Shown here: positions 57,869 to 64,000 of the stretch, one piece after another
Numbering within the stretch: position 1 is the stretch's first letter
Layout: the number at the start of each line of letters is the position of its first letter
Assembly: GCF_902459465.1 (NCBI RefSeq)
Contig: NC_047074.1
Location: 2,046,001 to 2,110,000, forward strand
Source of the DNA: Asterias rubens
Lineage: Eukaryota
DNA: 64,000 nt
Direction of reading: 5' to 3'
Made by a program: the position numbers and the translations under genes
Notes under the pieces: generated by a model
What the model was told of the DNA's origin: nothing
Databases searched by the model: none
Seen by the model: only the letters and a program-made list of their open reading frames with translations

Positions 57869-59341
57869 GGTGAGCAAGTTTGTTTCTTTCAATTAAGCTA
57901 GGCGCATGCGGCACCCCCAGGATATCACGACCCAAGATATCACTCACGAAAAAGAACAGCGCGAGCGGCGAAGCGCTGGGGTTTTTTCGGGTTTTTTTTT
58001 TTTCGCGCGCGACATCTTGGGGTGCTGCCGCCGCCGCGCCTTGATTAAAGGCCACCGATTACCGTTCGTGGGACCAAAATCCTCTCCCAAAAAGTTCAAA
58101 TACGCGCCAGACTTCTTGCCAGGTAAATGTCGATAATTAATTAAACCTACATGAAACACACTGTAATCTAAATCTATTCAGGAGTAAAAAAAAACATGTT
58201 ATGTGACTTGTGCAAACAAATATGAAATAATTTTTTATTTTTAAGAAAACACTTACCATTATTTTGTTTCTTTATTTTGTCTTAAAAAACCTCACAATAA
58301 TGATTCCAAAAGCTTTGGAAATAATGTTTGGATTCAAGTACTAATCGCACAAAGACCCCCCCCCCCTAACAAAAGGGTGTGGCACATGAAATATAGATAG
58401 GAATTTGTCTGTACAGAACGAGTACCAAGATGTTTTCTAAGAAACGTCCTTCAGCCTGTTCAGCTGTGTGAATACTTGACCACACTGCGAGTGTTTACAA
58501 ATCCCTGAGGTTCTGTCAACACATTTATAATTGATTGATGTCCCCCCCCCCAAAAAAAAAAAAAAAAACACAACAGATAAAACAACTTAAAAAAGATGTA
58601 AGCAAAAAAAAAATGATAGTAGAAGTGTTCTTTACTGTACAAATATTGTGCTTTTTCTTATAAATGTTGGCTACAACGCGCCCTGTATATAGATGAGAAT
58701 ATTAATGTACGTGGATATAAAGCTCCAGGGCCTAATTTCATGGAGCTGCTTAATCAGAAAAAGTAGCTACGCGCAACAAAATGATGATGCTAACAGAGTA
58801 ACGTTACCAGCCAAAATCTATGTCGCGTGTAGCATAATTGACTGGTATCCTGCTTAAGTTGTGCTTAGCGGAGAATTTTGAACAATGCAGCTTTATGTTT
58901 GAGATTGGGCCCTGATCTAAGGTTCAACTATTGCCGCCAGTGATTTAATTGTACTAAAATAATATATTACTGTTTTTCAATTCTTAACAACTATAATTAT
59001 GTATTATGTACTAATATTTAAAGAGAAGGTCATACCTTATTGGTAGGAAACAAAATCGTGAAGATCACAGATTTATATAAAACTTACATGGTCTATTGAT
59101 GATGATAGTAGAAAACATCCCTTGAAATATTTCTGCCTGAAATGTCATAATTTCATGAGAAATAACTTATCTAATTTCGTGTTTGGAGTTTATCGCTTAG
59201 TGAGCGTTTTATTCGTATATTTTTTTGCACCGATGTCATGCAAAGTGTAATCGGTTTCTTCACTATTTTCTCGTGACGCAGTTGGCTGATCGCTCTCAAA
59301 CTTCTCCAAGTTTGTGGTGGATTACATTAAGTGCTTTACTG

Positions 59342-59816
59342 CCGGTGTCAGATGCATTTGTGTCCGCCATGCAATACTGTCCGCTCCGGACACTTTTGCA
59401 TATGCAATCGTGTGCGGGGCTATACAAAAACCGTCAGGCGGACATGTACATGACTGTACATGACTGTACATGTATGTGCGCGCGTAATTGAGCGTGCATG
59501 CACTGAACCTACGTACAATATGACATGAATATTCACGTATTACGATTGCAGCGAATACCCAACGGCTGAACATTTCCCATGTCATTAATGACATGCACTT
59601 AGCTTGTAAAAAAATGGCGAACGTGGTCCGTCGACCAAGGGCGTTTAATTTACTGCAAGGACGGTTTTGCACGGGGGCGGACACAACTGCATATGCAAAT
59701 GTGTCCGGGCGGACACGATTGCATATGCAAAAACGTCCGGCGGACATTATTGCATATGCAATATTGTCCTCCGAATAGTATTGCATAGTAGAGGACATAA
59801 TTGCATGCGACACCGG
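59342..59816 (-). mobile_element. CCGGTGTC-terminated MITE (copy 3), nested in the family B copy at about 59020-59855
   Basis: Inverted relative to copies 1 and 2; the family B body resumes after it (AAAACCAATTCTGTAATGTTCCT). Confidence 0.8.
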
Positions 59817-60173
59817 TAAATGTTTCGTAGCAAAACCAATTCTGTAATGTTCCTTAAAAAAACAATAATGATCATAAAAACTCACTTGGAGAAGCACTGC
59901 AGCTGTTAAAAATGTATAACAAATTAATTGAGAAGCGTTTCCCTGCTAAGGTATGTGGTTTAAGAGAGAGGGATTCAAAATCATTTCAATCTGAGAATCG
60001 TTTCTGCATGAAACGTTTCTCAGATTGTGTATTCTTATTTCAAGTGATTATTCTCAGTGCATGAATGCCTCCAGATATTCAGCGATATCTCAAAAACGAT
60101 ACCACCTTTTGAAATAAAACGTTCACAAGTTACTTCTAATTTTATTTCAAATGCTAGTAGTAACCATTCGAAA

Positions 60174-60553
60174 AAGACACTGAACACAATTGGTATCTGT
60201 CAAAGACTAGTCGTCACAGTTGGTGTATCTCAACATTATGCATAAAATAACAAACCTGTGAAAATTGAGCTCAATCGGTCGTCCCAGTTGCGAGATAATA
60301 ATGAAAGAATAGAACACCCTTGTCACACGAAGTTGTGCGCTTTCGGATGCTTGATTTCAAGACCTCAAATTCTAAATCTGGGGTCTCGAAATCAAGTTCG
60401 TGGAAAATTGCTTCTTTCTCGAAAACTACGTTACTTCAGAGGGAGCCGTTTCTACCAATGTCTTATACCATCAACCTCTACTCATTACTCGTTACCAAGT
60501 AAGGTTTAATGCTAATAATTATTTTGAGTAATTATCAATAGTGTCCACTGCCT
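60174..60553 (-). mobile_element. Kolobok-like MITE family A, reverse orientation
   Basis: Ends ATAGTGTCCACTGCCT|TTAA; body is the reverse complement of 18317-18696. Confidence 0.8.
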
Positions 60554-62323
60554 TTAAGACATACACAATAGTTACAAGTTGTACAGGGGCTGTCAAGGTT
60601 AAAACAAAAGTATATTCATTTATTAGGATAGGAAAATTCGAACTATAAAATAAAAAAACAACAATGGTATACTTTGCCATTAATTTATCTTATTACTAAA
60701 TATTGTGTAACTTATTAAAGCATTTTTTAGAAAGCCATATATAAAGTAGTTCATGCATTTTGTAGACGTACTTTTGAGAACGTTTATCGTAATATCTATT
60801 ATTATAACTGATACACGCATAAACCAGAACGAGGCTGAACATCAAGAAAAGTCTGACCCTGTTGTGTGTACAGTGATCTACACTGAGTGTGTGGAGGGAA
60901 CCAGACAATGACAGCACATTAAATTGCGATGAATTTATTTACTCATTTTTTACACTTTTGAAATAGTCCTGAAATTATGTTGTTTTAGAGATCCAACACA
61001 CAAAAGTTGGTGTCCAAAAGTGTTGGTAAAGTAAACTATAAATGCGTGTATATATTATTTGGAATTTTTCAGACTACTTAAATTGTTTGCCATAGTGATA
61101 AAAATAGTCAAAAAGTCACTGCACTGGTAATTCTGCAAGGCCACGCTTCGCTTTTTCCATTGGTTGTGTATTGTTGTATAATAAACAATAAAATAATTTG
61201 TTGTCATTAGACATTTCGAGAAGATCTTGACGTTATTATTTATTTATCTCTGTTTTCCTCCTTTGGATGTTTGTTGGCGCCGCAGAGGGGGTGAGGTCAT
61301 GTCTTGCGGGGGGGGGGGGTCGCAGATCCAGATTGAAATTGTTCTCTAATGATGAGTTTTCTTTAAAAAAAGAAAACGCTTTTAAAACGCCTTTCTCTTT
61401 TCTTTTGTCCGCACTATCTCGTGGGGGGGGGGGGGGGCAGTCGAATTAATGTTGGCCGAGTTGGGGGGGGGGGGGTAGGCCGGGGGAGGCCATACGTGCC
61501 AGAACGAGGATGATTCAAAAGAGGGCGCTATCAGAAAAGTTGGTACACGAGTAGTACCACACAATTATAAAGGTTCTTGTCTCATGAGATGTACACAGAA
61601 AAGTATGGATCAAGGACACAGAATCTCTTGGGACTGTCAGAGTAATTACATCATAATAAAAGTCATTATGGTTAAAACTAGTAATTTGTGACCTTTTCCT
61701 CATGCAGTAACCCTTTAGAAACGCCCCCCCCCAAAAAAAACAAAAAAGGGAACACTTTTGGAACATCTTTTTAAAAAGTTTATTTTACGTAAAAAGTCGG
61801 CCTACATTACGATTCTTTGGTCAGCCTATATTCTATTGTTTTATTATTGTAATGTTTATTATAAAATAAGAAAAAATAAGTCATATCAGCCCCCCACCCC
61901 TCTCCTAAAGTTCATGGTCGAGTTGCGGCCCAGATGCCGAAACATCCTATTATTATCTGTGGTTGACAGCTGAGTTAAATTTTTCCCGTCTATTTCAGTG
62001 TAAAATATATGAATAAAAACTATGATTTCACTATTGTTATTGTCTCACTGTAAAAACAAAAAGAGAATTGTTGTTAAATTGTTTGTTAATCCATGGTTTT
62101 TATTTATAAGGTGCCTTAAAAAAAAATAAGTCAGCTAAGCGGCTTGAGACACAGAGGGTCGTCACGCCCACTAAAATCTTCGCACGTAGACCTCGAAGGC
62201 CGGTTAATTTCACTGGTTTCCACCGTCCGGATTAACGTACAAATCAGCATCTACTCTCCGTTGGTACTACCCACAACATAACATGTGGGAAATAAATTTC
62301 AACAATTCGTGGCATGCTACAAA

Positions 62324-62345
62324 ATGGCGTCTTCTATGAATAAAG
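62324..62345 (+). CDS. Probable first coding exon (MASSMNK-) of a gene continuing beyond the window
   Basis: CAAA-ATGG start context with YY1-like AAAATGGCG, consensus donor AAG|GTGAGT, preceded by a GC-richer promoter-like stretch; no downstream exon confidently found. Confidence 0.5.
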
Positions 62346-63007
62346 GTGAGTGAGTTCCGCTTGGTATTTTTGCTAAAATTCCCGTTGAATTGTGAATTGA
62401 ATTGTTTAGAGGGGAAACGTGTGTGTTTTGCCTTAGATTTGGTGAGGTTTCGATAGTTTTTTGGAGAGTGTGTGATAATGAAAGCGGTGATTTTTTTTAG
62501 TGCGTTTTTATCAGCAGACATTCAGTCAGTCTGGAAAAGTGCAGCCCGGCCCAGTGACACCGACAGCACATTGCATAGGCCTACTGCACCATCAGTGCAC
62601 ACTGCATACATACGTCGTGTGCACTGCAATCACAGTGCGTATTTAAGTAGAATTTTGGATGGTGGAAAGACCTCTCTTTACTGTTTTGCTATGCCATGAT
62701 GCAGCAGTATGCTATTTCCGTCTGTTACACAGATCAGTTTTTTAGTGGACAACGATTAAATCATTATCCTAGTTTACTAAAAAAAATACTGAGGTTATTT
62801 GATTTAACAGACTTGACTTGATTGAAATTTGACGACAGCAATAATTTATCTCGGCTGAATCTTTTGCTTATTGCACTTGTTGCAGTTTCATGGTTTGTTT
62901 TTGTGTGTCATTTCCTTTTATTTTTTTTATTTTTTTGTTACATCTTACTACCAATCACGATCAGTTAATACAATACTATGTTTAAAAAAAAAAAATTAAT
63001 AATCAAA

Positions 63008-63143
63008 GGGAAACTTTCCGCATGGCGCCACTGCTTTTTTACTAATCTTTACAAAAAGGGATATCTCATTGAGCTAAATTAGACACTATTAATATTATTT
63101 CATATCGAATGAAAAAGTGGTGGCGCCATACGGAAACTTTTTC
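63008..63143. mobile_element. Family P palindromic mini-MITE
   Basis: TTTCCGCATGGCGCCAC...GTGGTGGCGCCATACGGAAA. Confidence 0.75.
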
Positions 63144-63399
63144 TAATTAAATATTGCAAACAATATTTTATTAAATTATAAGTAATTAATATATTAATAA
63201 TCTTATATTTATACATGTAGCTCCATGTTAAACGTGGTCGGAGGGCTCTATAAATATTTTAGTACTGTGTAACCATGGAGGCATGGTTTTAGACTACATG
63301 ACCTTTGATCTGACATCTATCACATGTGTTCAGAAAAATAAATGTTAAATTGTTAGCATCAAAACTTAATTGGTAGGCGAGCTGTTGATGATTAGCGTA

Positions 63400-63675
63400 G
63401 ATCATTATGAAAAACGGCTCCCTCTGAAGTAACCTAGTTTTTAAGAAGAGGGTTATTTCTCACTCAAATATTAAAAGACTTTGGGTCTTTAAAGAGACTT
63501 TTTAGGCATCTGAGAGCACACAAATTTGTGCAACATGGGAGTTTTTTATTTCATTATTCTCTTGCAACTTCCATGAATTGAGTCCAAATTTCACAGATTA
63601 ATTGTAAATTTTATTCATATATATATGTTGGGATACATCAAGTGAGAATACTGGTCTTTGACAATATTACCAAAC
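63400..63675 (+). mobile_element. Family A element, degenerate
   Basis: AAACGGCTCCCTCTGAAGTAAC..GCACACAAATTTG..TGGTCTTTGACAAT body. Confidence 0.7.
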
Positions 63676-64000
63676 AGGTCCTGAAGCCAATTTCACAAAA
63701 CGCTAGGATTAATCCAATCTCGAGTTTGGAAGAGTAAAACCCGTCCTAACTTAGGATGGGTTCAATGCGTCCTAACGTCTATGGATATGGAACTTAACTC
63801 ATCCTAAGTCCTAAGATTTATTCCTAAGTGAGGACAAGTTTCGTGAAATCGTTGGCAGTGCCTTTAAATGTAGTAGTCAGCAGGCTTTTGATTGGTGCCA
63901 ATTGAGGCAAAGGTTGTGCACTGCTCTACTCTGCTCTACTCCACTCCTGTCTGGACCACGTACTACATCAGTACAAAAATTACAAACAATTTCAAAGTCG

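Overview
Eukaryotic, AT-rich, intron-rich genomic DNA from an invertebrate deuterostome, probably an echinoderm such as a sea star (inferred from gene content and repeat style). I reconstructed six complete multi-exon genes by hand with consistent GT-AG phases, one 5'-incomplete gene and one probable first coding exon. In order: a divergent TCTP/TPT1-like gene (-), head-to-head with a 14-exon ZC3H13 ortholog (+, about 1600 aa, m6A writer subunit); a convergent AGFG1/drongo ortholog (-, about 728 aa); an intron-containing, catalytically degenerate pogo/TIGD gene (+); a 5x C2H2 zinc-finger gene with a duplicated exon and a 3.9 kb terminal exon (+, start uncertain); a GPI-type single-Reeler gene (+); an apextrin (ApeC) gene (+); and a gene start at 62.3 kb. 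Introns and intergenic DNA hold many non-autonomous DNA transposons (Kolobok-like, piggyBac-like, Harbinger-like, ISL2EU-like), tRNA-derived SINEs, a Dong/R4 retrotransposon 3' end inside a TAA microsatellite, and a foldback/satellite element behind the apextrin stop. The most notable points are the divergent TCTP, the RGDP repeat domain in ZC3H13, the domesticated pogo plus ZnF tandem, nested MITEs carrying CTCF-like motifs, and the foldback element. All homology calls are from recalled family motifs, not database searches.
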